44,795 bases of DNA, filler included, from Jimgerdemannia flammicorona (GCA_003990765.1; 2 parts of 2 records of this genome joined end to end with filler, not necessarily neighbours in it); one strand, 5' to 3'; counted from the whole stretch's first letter, positions 22,755 through 35,760 are shown. The notes: generated by a model not told the origin, from the letters alone. Made by a program: numbers and translations.

Positions 22755-24130
22755 ACTCCAAAAACTAAAGCTCTCTCTACTTACTCTAGTAATACTAGAG
22801 AAAGTCTAAAGAGATATAAGAATATAAGTGAGAGTCAATCCAGTGATGAAAATTAATAACTGTACTAATCTCTCTTCTTTAGTAATAAAAATCAATAACC
22901 ACACTAATCTCTCTTCTCCAAACTACTCTAAAAATGAAAGCTCTCTCTACTTACTCTGACAATATTAGAGAGAGTCTAAAGAAATATAAGAATGTAAGTA
23001 AGAGTCAATTTAGTGATAAAAATTAATAATCATACCAACTTCTCTTCTTTAGTAACAAAAATTGATAATTATTTCTCTAGTGATAAAAATCAATAACTGC
23101 ACCTAGTGCTCCCAATGAATCGAATTGAATTGAATTTGGCCCAAACTCAATTCGATTCAATCAAATCAAGGGTCCAATTCAATTCAATTCGAATTGAATC
23201 AAAGGTCCAATTCAATTTGAAGTTCAATTTGAACCTTAATTTTCAAAATGTAATAACTCGACGAAAACTCATCCAAATTTAACATATTTTAGCTTGTTAG
23301 ATTCACCGTATTAATGTGATTCTAACAAGCTAAAGTACGTTAGATTTAGATGAGTTTATGCTGAGTTATTACATTTTGAAAATTAGGGTTTAAATCAGAC
23401 CCTCAATTTGATTCAACTTTTTATTTGATTCGAATTGATTCAAATTAAAAAATCCCCAATTTGATTCGACTCGTTTAACCCTCAATTTGATTCGATTCGA
23501 ATTGATTCAACTCATTTGGGAGCACTAATTGCACCAACCTATCTTCTCTAGTAACAAAAATTGATAACTGTACTAACCTCTCTTCTTTAGTGATAAAAAT
23601 TAATAACTATATTAATCTCTCTTCTCTAGTGATAAAAATCAATAACTGTACCAACCTTTCTTCTCCAAACTACTCCAAAAACTGAAGCTCTCTCTACTTA
23701 CTCTAACAATACTAGAGAAAGTCTAAAGAAATATGAGAATATAAGTAAGAGTTAATTTAGTGATAAAAATTAATAACTATATCAATCTCTCTTCTCTAGT
23801 AATAAAAATCAATAACTATACCAACCTCTCTTCTCTAGTGATAAAAATCAATAACTGTATCAACCTTTCTTCTCTAGTGACAAAAATCAATAACTGTACC
23901 AATCTTTCTTCTCCAGAGATAAAAATTGATAACTATACCAACCTTTTTTCTCTAGTGACAAAAATTGATAACTGTACTAATCTTTCTACTTTAGTAACAA
24001 AATCAATAATTATACCAATCTTCTTTCTCTCTCTTCTTCAGTGATGAAAATCAATCTCTCTTCTATAGTGACAAAAATCAAAGACTATACTAAAAACTAA
24101 ATATAAGAAAGTATAAGTAAGAGTCAACCT
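22755..24130. repeat. Decayed higher-order tandem array: ~90-bp units interspersed with runs of a 39-bp unit (GTGATAAAAATCAATAACTGTACCAACCTCTCTTCTCTA)
   Basis: ~90-bp unit (TACTCCAAAAACTGAAGCTCTCTCTACTTACTC..GAGTCAAT) at about 22755, 22924 and 23671, partial near 24085; more than 10 copies of the 39-mer differing mostly by C/T and G/A. Confidence 0.85.
23104..23527. mobile_element. hAT-superfamily MITE (foldback) with 8-bp TSD
   Basis: TIRs TAGTGCTCCCAA(A)TGA; TSD ACTGCACC (23096-23103) / ATTGCACC (23528-23535); interrupts one 39-bp unit; no coding capacity. Confidence 0.92.
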
Positions 24131-24975
24131 TAGATAGCTCTCTGAAAATGAACTCTATGTATAACAACTATGCTCTCACTTGTAACATAATAAAGCTCTT
24201 ATCTATAATGTGATAAAGTCTTTATCTATAATATAATAAAGTTCCCCTCTATAACAAAGACTGTACTCTATCCTTCTGTTATTTCTCTATTATATATATA
24301 TCTTTATAATGAGAAAGTGGATTTATTCTACTAAACCAATCTAATATAAAAAGAAAAAAGAGAGATATCATACTATCAGAATAGTTAAAAAGAAAGAAGA
24401 TATCAATAGTTTGAAAAAAATATATTACCCTTCACCAGTTAGTTCTAAAAAAAGCTTACTAAAATAATACAAAAGAAAATAATCAGACTATTAAGACTTA
24501 TATAGAGTTAATAAAAAAACTATAAGAGAAACTTCATATACTTTTATTTAAAATAATTAATCTGCTCCTGATTCATCTTTATCTATTGTAATTATTACAA
24601 CTGAAATTATCATAGATTATATATCTTTACCTCTAGATAGAATATTTTCTTACAGATTAAAGTATGAGAAAAAGAAGTATTATTTAAGAGATATTTTACA
24701 ATATGTTATAGATACTTGATTAGCTAATCTTTCTCTATCTCAATAATTATAAATAGCTTTTAGCTAGTTTATAATATAGACAAAAGTAATTTATATAGCC
24801 TAAGATAGATTAGTAACAAAGGCCAGTCACTATGATAGTAGTCTTAAATATTGAAATACTATATTTTATGGTCTTAAATCAGAGACCAGTTACTAAAATA
24901 TTAATTTTAAATTAATTATAGGCCAAAAATCTATAGTAATTATATAACTATTTATATGATAGTATAATAGAATAC

Positions 24976-27206
24976 CAGAGGTAGAAAAAACCCAATTATT
25001 TGTTTTTAGAAAATTGTGTTTAAGGTTTATACTCAATAATATCTCAAAAAACCTAAAAAAAACTTAAGGTTTTATTATAAATGGCTGCTCAGTCAATATT
25101 ATCTTTACTATTTATATTATTACTATTATTTTTTGAGTCTAATTAAAACTTATTATTAACTTTATAAAGTAAGCACTTAGTAAATATTAGATAATTCTGC
25201 TTGATAAAGATAAGCTTCTTGATCTTATTAGCTAATAAATAATTTTATAGCTTTGAATAAATAAATCCAAAGATAGAGAAATTTTATTCTAAAGTTATAC
25301 TTAATATTACTAATATGAAGAGCTTAATAGTGATCTTCTGCAGCTATAACTACTTGATACTATCTGATAGCTAATATTAGAGTAGTATCTTATGCTTATT
25401 ACTCAGCATCTTAAATTGAAAAATATTGGCTTACTTTTTCTAATAAGCAGTAATGATATATTAGATAAACTATATATATAATACTTTTTACTAAATATTA
25501 TCAACTGGTATATTATTGTTAGTAAAAATTTTGATAAGAATGTTCTTGAGTTCAATATAGTTCTCTTGTAAAAACCTTTTACCAATAAAGTGAGGATCCA
25601 GTAAGAATACTAACCTATGAACTTTATTATATATAAACTGAAATCAGTAAGTAGCAGATATATATAGATATTAAACCTCATTTTCTATTATAACTTCTTC
25701 TTTATAAAGCTTATTGAATATGATAGGTAACTGATAAAAATCAGACAGAACTTCAGTGATTAGACAGAAGTCCAATTAATTCTTGATAATAAGAGTAATA
25801 ATAGGCTATAAGATTTTGAGGCTCTTCTTTAACAAATACTCAAAATTGCTTATAGTGATAATATCTTTAATTCTCATTTACTCTATCTTTTGAACTATAT
25901 TATCAGTAATAAAATCTCATTTAGTTACAATTTTAAAAAGAACTGATTCTGATTTAAGAATAGTCTTGGAGTATTTCTGTAATAAGTCTCAATATATTAA
26001 AGTAGACTTTACTGATATAGAAAGATTCTCAAGCTTTTATTTCTCAATTAGCTTAGTTTTTATAATATGATGATTGTAAAAAAACTTGACAATATCTTTA
26101 GTGTCAAATATAAATTATAATAGATACTTGAATGAATATTTATCTAAATAGCTAGTCTCTATTTCTCTTGAATTTTTAGTTTTGCTTATTGTAAAGATAT
26201 TCTTAACTAGCAAATAAAGACTATGTAATATACAGTCTTAGAAAGATGATAATGAAAATCTGACTATAAGTATCTTCTATGTTTTTTTGTTCATAGCTAT
26301 ATTATTAGTTATAGTTCTAGTAAATATAATCTTTTTATTATCTGATATCACTTATTCAATATTCTGTATAATCTATTCAGTAGTGTATCTCTACTGCTGA
26401 GTTATAATAAACTCAAGAATTGGACTTAAGATTGATATAATTATTATATAGTTAATAATAAACTTATTTCAGATATTAAATTATAAATCTGATATAAGAT
26501 AGATAGTTGAAGAGTTATTTAAGAAAAACTTATTACACTTGGCTTTAATATTATCATAACACTTATTTAACAATATATTACTAAGTTTCTTAAATCAGAG
26601 AGTAGATCACTATCTAGTCATAGGACTTTTATGAGTGTACAAAGATTCTTCTCTTTAATATACTAAAAAGATGTCCCTATCATATAGTAGTATATAGCAA
26701 GATGTTTCTGGAACTTCTTTTTAGTCATTCTGTCAATTTTGGACAACATGAAGCTTATAATTAAGGCCTGGTCTTTACTAGATAATGATACAGCTTTTGA
26801 TAAATTATTACTCAATATCTTTGACTTCTTCTAATAACTGATATATCATCCAGAGTACTTGCTGGTGTCTTTGCCATTCATGAGTTTCATAAATTGGACA
26901 GTGGTTGTTCAGATGATACATAGCACTTTTGCTTTTCTTGTAGTGGTTTATAACCTGCTTACAGTACTTACACTGGGCCAACTTGAGTTTGTATGGCTTG
27001 GCTGCCATTGTAAAGTACATCCAAATATCACTGGCCATATGTCCTCACTTGTTTTCACTTTGGCCAGTATGATCAGCTAGGTTTGATCATTAATGATGTT
27101 GTCCATTAGTTGTCTTCACAATCTGGTAATAATGAGTGCATGTCTATTTCCGAGTCCACTATTTGGGGCGCAATTTTGCAAAAAAAACCTTGTCTCCCCA
27201 CCCCTG
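24976..27206 (-). mobile_element. Full-length but hypermutated hAT DNA transposon (BED zinc finger + DUF659-type transposase core)
   Basis: TIR CAGGGGTGGGGAGA at 27206 vs CAGAGGTAGAAAAA at 24976 (5 G>A); TSD TAGAATAC (24968-75) / CAGAATAC (27207-14); BED finger SDIWMYF..AQCKYCKQ..MYHLNNHC (27038-26898); decayed core KKKFQKHLAIYYY, SDL*FNI*NKFIINY and F*DCILHSLYLLVKNIF (CxxH motif). Confidence 0.92.
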
Positions 27207-27277
27207 CAGAATACCGAATATTTGACTGCCGTTTGGTTGTTACACCACGAAAATATTCCAACACTCCAACGTTCGAA

Positions 27278-29343
27278 ATGTTCACCACCGTCCAGATACC
27301 ACCCTTTGGTACACTTCGCGGCAACGTGACAACCACCGGCGTGCGCCAATTCTTGAACATTCCCTACGCCAGGATCCCAAAGCGCTGGAGGGCTCCCGAA
27401 AAGCTCACCGCCGCAGACGCCTGGCAGGGGGAGCGTGATGCAACGCGATTCGGGTTCGTATGGGTCTTTTTTCCACCATATCAGTATGCCGAGAACCGGA
27501 TAATGCTAGAGATTACCATACACCCTTCTTGTAATAGTCCGCAATGTCCCCAACCTCCAGGCCTCCTGATCGCCGGTCCCTACGCTAGCAATCCCGACTC
27601 CAACGAAATGAACTGTCTCAATCTCAATATCTACGCCCCCGAGCGCAAGAATGCCGAAGCAAACAGGTTGTTCCCAGTGATGGTGTGGATTCATGGCGGA
27701 TCTTTCAAAGATGGTACCGCAAATTGCAGCCTTTACGGTGAGTGAAGTGAGATTTGTCCATCTTCGCCCAACGACGATGTGCCTCATAACGTATGTTGCT
27801 TTGTGCACATCTTCACAAGTTAGATTCTACCAACTTCATTGAGCACGCGCTTTCCGTCTCCCGCCCCGTCGTCGTCGTCACCGTCAATTATCGCCTGAAC
27901 GTTTTCGGGTTCATGGGGTCGCGCGACATCGAAGACGAAATGCGCAAGGATCCTAGCGTCAAAGCCGATGAGACATCCATCGGGAATTGGGGGCTCTTGG
28001 ATCAGAAAATCGCATTTGAATGGGTGAGTGCTCTTTCTGTTTCCAGTGTTGCCCTTCGGAAAGGATGGATATGAGAACGCTTGACTTTGATTGTAACTTC
28101 CGTCAGTATGTCAGGTCAAGGACAACATCAATCAATTTGGCGGCGATCCTGACCAAATCACCGCCTTCGGTGAAAGTGCCGGTGGCGGTACGTCCCATCT
28201 ATTCATTTATTCTACACTCCTTACCCTGCTAACTCCCCACCATCTCTCCCCGCCAGCTTCGCTCCATTATCACCTCATCAACCCGGCCCATCACGGCCTC
28301 TTCCGGCGTGTAATCATGCAATCTGGAGTGGCTTCAATAGCCGCCGCGCAGCCACTGGCCGTTCATCATATGAAGTTTGACGCACTTTGTTCCCACTTCG
28401 GCATCCCCGCTACGGCCGAAGACCGCGTCCAGAGGCTACGCGACGTGCCGAGTGACCAAATTATTTCTGCATTGGCAGAGTTCAGATTCAGCCCCACAAT
28501 CGATGGGGTGGTTGTACCTGCTGATGTGAGGGTCCTGTGGAGGCAGGAGGGCGCGTGGGATCCAAAGGTCGAAGCTGTGATGATTGGGGATACAAAAGAT
28601 GAGGTTTGCGTTGCGAATGTGTTTGCGACTTTGTCGGTGCTCGTGCTAGATAAACTCTACTTGAATTATATTATGCTCTTCTCATATAGTCGTTTTATTT
28701 TATTTTATTTTATTTTTTTTCACTTGTCCATTGAATCTCACCCCATCACAATCCAGGGTACCGTCCTCTCCGTAAGGTTCCAATTAACGACTCTCCCACG
28801 CGTCATGGCTATGGTAGACTTCCTTGTTCCCGCCTCCCTTCAGCCGCGCTTCCGTATCCTGTACTCCACCCCCACGACAGACGCAGAAGCGAAGCAGTTG
28901 ATGGATCACCTCTTCTATGATGCCATCTTCCACTCCCCTATGCGCAACCTGCTCGCGCATCTTTCTGCCACACGTCCGGGCCTCGAACTGCATTATTACC
29001 ACTTCCGACACGCGCTCGATGCGACCGCCGCGTTGGGGCTAGGTGTTCACCACCAGATTGAGCTTCCGTTCTTGTTCCTCCGACGCGATTCACTCACCGA
29101 GAAGGAGCTCCGAGTCGCTGAGAGAATGGTGGAGTGTTGGGTCAGATTTGCCTACGGCGAAGGAACCGGGTTTGAGCCATTCAGGGAGGTACTGAGGGAA
29201 AGGCGATTGTGTTTGGCGAGGATGGGGAGGTTCGACTCGAGAGGGAGGTGCCGAGGGAAGAGAATGAGAAGGCTGTGTTTTGGGCGGATGTGGAGAAGGA
29301 GAGCGCGAGGATTGCGGGAGAGGCCGCGAAAGCCAAGATCTGA
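27278..29343 (+). CDS. Type-B carboxylesterase/lipase (alpha/beta hydrolase), 6 exons, apparent 1-nt frameshift near 29185
   Basis: Exons 27278-27453, 27538-27737, 27824-28023, 28115-28187, 28257-28603 and 28757-end, all GT-AG. Motifs FLNIPYA, NCLNLNIY, PVMVWIHGGSF, VTVNYRL, GNWGLLDQ, nucleophile FGESAG, GDTKDEG, GVHHQIEL. Confidence 0.92.
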
Positions 29344-30711
29344 AACGGACTTATGAACGGTGAACGCCTTGACGCATATAACTTTTCGTTACGAATAATG
29401 GAAAATAACACAGAATCCGGATATTTAGTACCGAAATAACAGCTATTACTATAAACATCTGTAGCATAGCCGAGAGACGAGAGCGGCATTATTGCTTGCT
29501 AATATCATACATCGAACGAGCCATTATCCAAAGCGCTAACTGGTATCAAGTTGTACGAATAATAGTGGGGACACTTAGAGGTCATCAATGTGCTTGCTGG
29601 AACAGCCCAACCGGAACCTCTTTAGAAAGGCAGTAACATGAATGACGCATACACCGAACTTTGTAAAATAGTAGTTCCGCTTCAGGTATTGTAGGAAAGG
29701 TTGGTCAATCTTTACAAGTGAGAATATATTTATTGGCAATGTTCGAAAGATTTTATATTATAATTATATTTTCAAATTCGACTAGAATGGAATTATCTTA
29801 TGCCGTTTTATTTTTTAAAATAAATAAAAGTAGAGATAATTAAATTCGTTATTTTATTTTACTAGCAGTAGAATTAAAATATTGCAATCTAGTTATATAT
29901 GAGTGTATTGTAGAACATATCGAGAGTCCTAACCGTGGTTAATACAGATTATCCTGTAGCACAGAGCCAGTATGTCAATAGTGATTTATTCGAGCGATTC
30001 TTTACAATACAACGAGAAGACCGAAGCAGGCGTAGGTCTGATGGAATAATGGGTGGTTCTGCTTAAGTCACGCATGAAAGGTGCACAATACTCAGATCCA
30101 TCTGAAACTGTTACCCTCCGATTTTATGCGTATTAGAGAGTATACCCAGGAGGGTTACTGCTATATATAAAGTAAAAGAAGGCTATACTAAATACTAAAA
30201 TTATCAATAAACTGATTGATAGTATATCAGGGATAAAATTTTATCAATAATTATTTTACTTAAAAGAATTATAACTTTAGAAATAATTATACAGATTTAG
30301 TCAAATAAATATTGTTTAAAAGCTCTAGACTTCTTTTGTTATTTATTTAAATATAGATTTGATAGCATTCATATTTAAGCTGAATAGGTTGAAATTTAAA
30401 AATAATAAAACATTGGTAAGGTTTATATTACACATATTGTCTGATATGTATTTCGTTTTGACGAGGCGTTCATTTTTTTTTATATATTTGACGAGGCGTT
30501 CAATGAAAACTGAGGTTATAGCGGGTATTGATTTTGAAAATTGTTTTAACGGCTCTAAACCTGATTTTGTCACGGCGATTAAATCATTCACTAGCTGATA
30601 CGATGAAAGCGGGATTGAAAGCCAGACCCCAATGTCACGTGATTTCAAGTTCCGCCACACCTCCACTTTAAAATCAGGCAGAAAGTACCTTTTTAAAAGT
30701 GGCCGTCTCAA

Positions 30712-32329
30712 ATGTCGTTCATAGATCCCAACTGCGACCATATAACTTCTATTCCCTGTCTCGCAACCCCTCCTTCCTACCACGAATTTCTACACAACTA
30801 CCTTATCCCCAACGTTCCCGTCCTGATTGGCCCGGCCCTCACAACCGGATGGCGCGCACGATGCGACTGGGTGCGTCCTAATCCTGACTGTCATGGAGAG
30901 GAGGCTATCTCCGAGAAGATACCGCGGTTTGTGCCAGATTTTGCGTTCCTGATGGATAGATTTGGTGATGCCCCGGTGCAGGTCGCTGATTGTCGCCGGA
31001 GGGAGTTTACGGATCAACCAAGAGTTGGGATGATGTTCGCCGATTTTGTGGAGAAGTGGGGGACGTCGGTGGTTGAGAGTGAAGGCGAGATGAAAAACGA
31101 TCAAGTTCGCGATATTGAGGCCAAGTGGGAGCATGACAGCGACCGGACCCGATACTACCTGAAAGACTGGCACTTTGTCAAGGCCTTCCCGGAATACGGC
31201 GCGTACGAGACCCCGGACATCTTTCGTGGTATGGCGCCGCTTCCATATTTACATCTCTCTTGTTTTTACACTACCGAACTCGCTAACAATGTCACTCCTC
31301 GCTTCCCCGATGCGCTTTCACATCAAAAAGTACAGACGACTGGATGAACGAATTTTGGCACACCCGCAACGACGTCCGCGACGACTACCGCTTCGTCTAC
31401 ATGGGCGGCCATGGTACTTTCACTCCATTCCACGCCGACGTCTATAGGTATCGATCTCGCTATCTTCTTCTTGAATCTTTCGTCTATTTTTACTTCTCAC
31501 ATGCCAGCTACCTGCTACCTATTGTATGCAGATCCTACTCCTGGTCTGCCAATATTTGCGGCATTAAGCGCTGGACGTTATTCCACCCCGGGCAAGAGCA
31601 CTTATTCAAGGACAAACTCGGAAATATGGTTTACGATGTGCGCGACGTCGACCCAGCGCGGTTCTCGCGGTTCGCCGAGGCAAGAAGGATCGTATTGCTG
31701 CAGAGGGACGGAGAAACGCTGTTCGTGCCCTCGGGATGGTTCCATCAGGTACTTTACGAATTAATCACATCCTCTACACGTGTGTCCTTTGGCCTAGTAT
31801 TTACGTCCTTCTCGTCCTCGCCTCCCACCTACAGGTTGAGAACATCGGCTCGACAATCTCAATCAACCATAACTGGTCCAACGCCTGTAACCTTCCCTAC
31901 CTGCATACTTCCTTCGTCGCCGACCTCGGCGAGGTCCGCTACGCGCTGCGCGATCTTATTGACCTCCTTCCGTCACCGGAGTTCGAACGTGAGTGCCAGC
32001 GCCTGCTTCTGGTCAACTCCGGGTGGGACTGGATCGTGCTGTGGCGTATGTGCGCGTGCATCATGCAGCGACTCAGGCGACAACTTGAAGGGGAAGATGG
32101 GGATAAAGGGACGCCGATGGAATTGCAGCCGCCAGTAGGGTTTCAGGCGAAGAGAATTTTGGACGTCATGATGGGCTTATTGGCGGAGACGGAGGCGGGG
32201 AAGGTGGTGGGGAAGTGGTACGAGGAGGAAGGTGGGATGGAGGTTGGAACGGGGGAAGAGGCAGTGGAGGAGATGGTGAGAGAGTTAAAGGGATTGGTGG
32301 AAGAATGTAAGGGATGGCGCCTTGATTAG
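30712..32329 (+). CDS. JMJD4: JmjC domain 2OG/Fe(II) oxygenase, JMJD4 orthologue-like, 4 exons
   Basis: Exons 30712-31228, 31336-31447, 31532-31748 and 31835-32329 with GT-AG introns. Motifs YYLKDWHF, DDWMNEFW, DDYRFVYMG, TPFHADVYRSYSWSANICGIKRW, FVPSGWFHQVEN, ISINHNW. Confidence 0.92.
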
Positions 32330-35017
32330 AGTGCGTCGGAAGGTTATATGTAGAAAAGATTGCCTTGCGTGCTTAATAATTTGTAGATCTATTTATTAGA
32401 TGAATAGGTTTGCTTGAAATAATCGATTAGATAAAATATTTCCTCCAGTAATCTTTACGGTTTTGAGGGCAAACAAAGGTCGAAAGAAATTAAACTAGGG
32501 GAAGCAAGCGCACTCTCCTTTCGTTGGTCATGATAATGACCTCATTCTTGTCCCCTATTTTCATATGCAAATATAAAGGCCTGCAGAGTTGCGAGAGCAT
32601 TCGGCACAGAATCGTTTGGTTAACGGCGTATTTTATTTAACAGGCATGTAACAATAAAATAAAAATAAAAAAAAACTCAGCCATCTCTGACAGTGGAGGT
32701 GAGTCGATGTCCCCACCTGACACATACATACCGAAACTCCATCCGCCGAATCCACAACGAATATGCACCGAGGCGATGCTGATATTATGTACGACACCTT
32801 TCCTAATGGTGGTTAATTGGTTTCTTGTAAAAAATTCACCTTTCCGTTTTTATTCTGTTCGGGCATCACATCGCATCTTCCGGCCTGGCTTTCCGGTCCC
32901 CTGTATCTTTCAATAAACTATATACTTGCTGCATAAAGCAGATTTTTAAAGCCGAACGGAGATTGGAAAGCGTATTATACGCTTTGGCATCGTAATCACT
33001 ATCGAGTGATAGTCGTAAAATATGCATTATGTTGCAGGCGTTAGTTGACAATGGCCTATTGCACACAGTTGCTCAAAATTATATCTACATTGCTACAGCT
33101 GGATTGTATCCTTCCCAAAATCTTATATGAATTATCCGAAACCGAGTGTTACGGGATGGGATGGAACGATGGTGACTCACAATCCTAATCGCTGGGCTAG
33201 GACAATGATAAAGCTCTACCGACGCAATCGCACAACTACTTGACATTTCCAACGTAATCTGGGCAAACATCGCTATATGTTTGCTTGCATTGTAGGTCGT
33301 AATTAAAGCCATTCGACAATTGATTGGAGAGCAAAGTTTCAGCTAAGAGGATCGATCATGAAATTGTGGGTATGAGTAAAACGGCTCGGATGACATCTGG
33401 AACCACGGTCAGCATATAGCCTAGATTATTACAACTAAACTTGTGGTAAAATCTTCTTATACTACTTGGGGCGGTGCGCATTCTTTCATAATGAGATCTC
33501 GGTCTGTACACTTCCGTCGTTTCCCTGATTTGGTTTTGCGCGTGGGGTGATTGGGTTGGAGTGTAGTTTTAAACAAAAGAAAATCACGGATGTTTGGAAT
33601 ATTCTCCCACAAGCTTTGAATAATGCTAATAAATAATGGTATAAATTTTGTTGATGATAATGATGTAGATTTCCTAGATCACACGTCTGCAATAAATTCA
33701 TACGACTTCCACAATATTTAGAGGTCAGTCAAACAATTGTATACTTTATGTAATTAGCTGTCATGACAAAATGCGCTTCCGCGCATAATAAATGAAAGCT
33801 TCGAATGTCAAAATACTGTTACTACTATTCACATCCGCCTCACACGCAATATACTCTCATACCGATGGTTCCTTTACTAATTTCATTTTCATTTTTGGGC
33901 CACAAGCTATGTAAACACAATATGTGCAAGAAGCTGCCTATTTACAAACCCCATTTGATGCGGAGGCCTACCACAAATGTTCGTATGAACGTTGACTTTA
34001 GACCCAATATTTATTTAGAAGAAAATCTTAGCAACGTTTGAGCGCGCGTTGCCACGTTGATTCCTTGTCAACCCGGATTGGTATATACAGGTTCTGCAAG
34101 CTACCGTAGTCACAACTCCACCAGCGTTACGCTCGATTCAATGTCGCCAAATGTTTATGTCACGTTTCTTCTATATATTACAATAGCTCGGGCTTCTAAG
34201 CACATCCCTTTCCTCTCCATTTCATCAAATTTCAGCGAGTATAACCTTATGTCTTACAATCAGAGTATGACAATGATCCAAAGTTACAATCGCGGACAGG
34301 ACTAGTCCAATCTAATCGAATGATATTATACCTGTGTATGTGTCGAAAGGTGTTTCGTTTTGCGCTCCACGCAACCCCTATCAGACGACTGATGATACAC
34401 ACACCATTGTCAGTCTCAGACGACGATAGAGAACTCGAATTAAAGCAACTGCCGCGTGTCTTTCGAGAAAACGCAATACGATTGAAAACAGGCAACGGCT
34501 ACTACACCCTACAAGCTTGCCCAACTGTACCACAAGCGCGGCGACGCCGAGGAAGCTCGGCAATTCTATATCCTTTGTCTGGAGATGAGGGAAAGGTTGC
34601 TCGAGGGGCGACACCTCGGACGTGGCAGCATGTCTATTCTAACTTGCATTGCTCTACAAATTGACAGGGTTTTACTTGCGGTCGCCTGAGATCAATGAGA
34701 CTTGCTGATCCTCTCACGTTGTTATCCGCCTCTATTTTGGCTAATCTGTGCGAAGAGCGGAGGGAACGGGTGATGGGTGGGGAAACAAAGGGGTCCATAG
34801 CTTTCGGATCCGGAATGAATGGAACTAAAGGCTTGCATATTTTCTCGAGTATTATACATCGATCGATCCGGCCATAAGCTTATAAAATCATTAATGGTAT
34901 AAAATATGTGCTGCCATTTACAACTTGGAACACAATAAAATTAATGATAGATGAACGACAACGCCCAATTCTAAACGTGTTTGTCTCCTAAAATGAAGGT
35001 GAGTGGACGTTGTTCAT

Positions 35018-35737
35018 TAGGTTAGGTCATATGCCGACCTATCACCGATCTTACTCCCTTTAAAATGAACAGGGGGTGAGCGAACACACAGGTCATGAGC
35101 TTGAGTCCATCATGCAGCTGCAGACAATGCATCACACAATTCTGACATACATCCAAGCTTCAGCACGGTCAAGTTCGTGTTCTGCTTCAGAGCCTCGGTT
35201 AAAATGCATGCCACGCCATAGCAAATGTAACTCTCTTTAAAATAAACAGAGGATGACAGATTTCAGCTTGATTCTATCACACAGCCGCACGCGACTCTTC
35301 ACACAGTTTTCACATGCCTTCGAAATTCAGATTGGTTAAAGTCATGTTCTGCCTCAGAGCATCGGCTAGAACGCATGCACTCTCGAAGCTAATGACACTT
35401 CCCTTAAAATTAACCGAGGATGAGCGAACGCACAGATTGTGAGATTGATTCCATCGCACATGTCTGACAAACCTTTGAGATCCCTGGGCCACAACAAACA
35501 CTCAAACTCAGCCCTCCCATCTTTGCTCGCCAATTGCAAGACCTCTCTAGGCTTCCTGATCCAGTTCAACGCATCTTGCGTAGTAACCTTCCGTCAGGAT
35601 CATGATACACCTGCGTCGTGAACGATTCATAGCCATAAGCAGATACGGTAAAATACACGTGCATCGGTCTTTCCCCCCACCAAATTTATCAATGGTCTCG
35701 ATCTTGATATCCGTCAAAAATTTGCCTAACCCCAGAT
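35018..35737 (-). pseudogene. Ribonuclease-inhibitor-type LRR gene remnant (one 28-aa repeat per 84-nt exon), interrupted upstream by the DIRS element
   Basis: Exons 35401-35318 (SVISFESACVLADALRQNMTLTNLNFE) and 35234-35151 (SYICYGVACILTEALKQNTNLTVLKLG); a third starts at 35057 and hits TAA. The first has damaged splice sites (AAGG acceptor, GC donor). Confidence 0.75.
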
Positions 35738-35760
35738 AGACTAAGCTTCGCTTTGTTCCA

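Noticed and set aside
23760..24044. 94-aa ORF with VIKINNCTNLSSL repeats resembling an LRR
   Set aside because: By-product of the mutated 39-bp array; composition reflects C>T/G>A decay.
27110..27277. Upstream extension of the carboxylesterase ORF
   Set aside because: Runs through the hAT terminus and TSD; family similarity begins at ATG 27278.
30457..30502. Direct repeat TTTGACGAGGCGTTCA x2 and TCACGTGA at 30635 upstream of JMJD4
   Set aside because: A small local duplication and a common E-box; function cannot be supported from sequence alone.
32700..34900. Scattered short ORFs
   Set aside because: No motifs or coherent exon chain seen.
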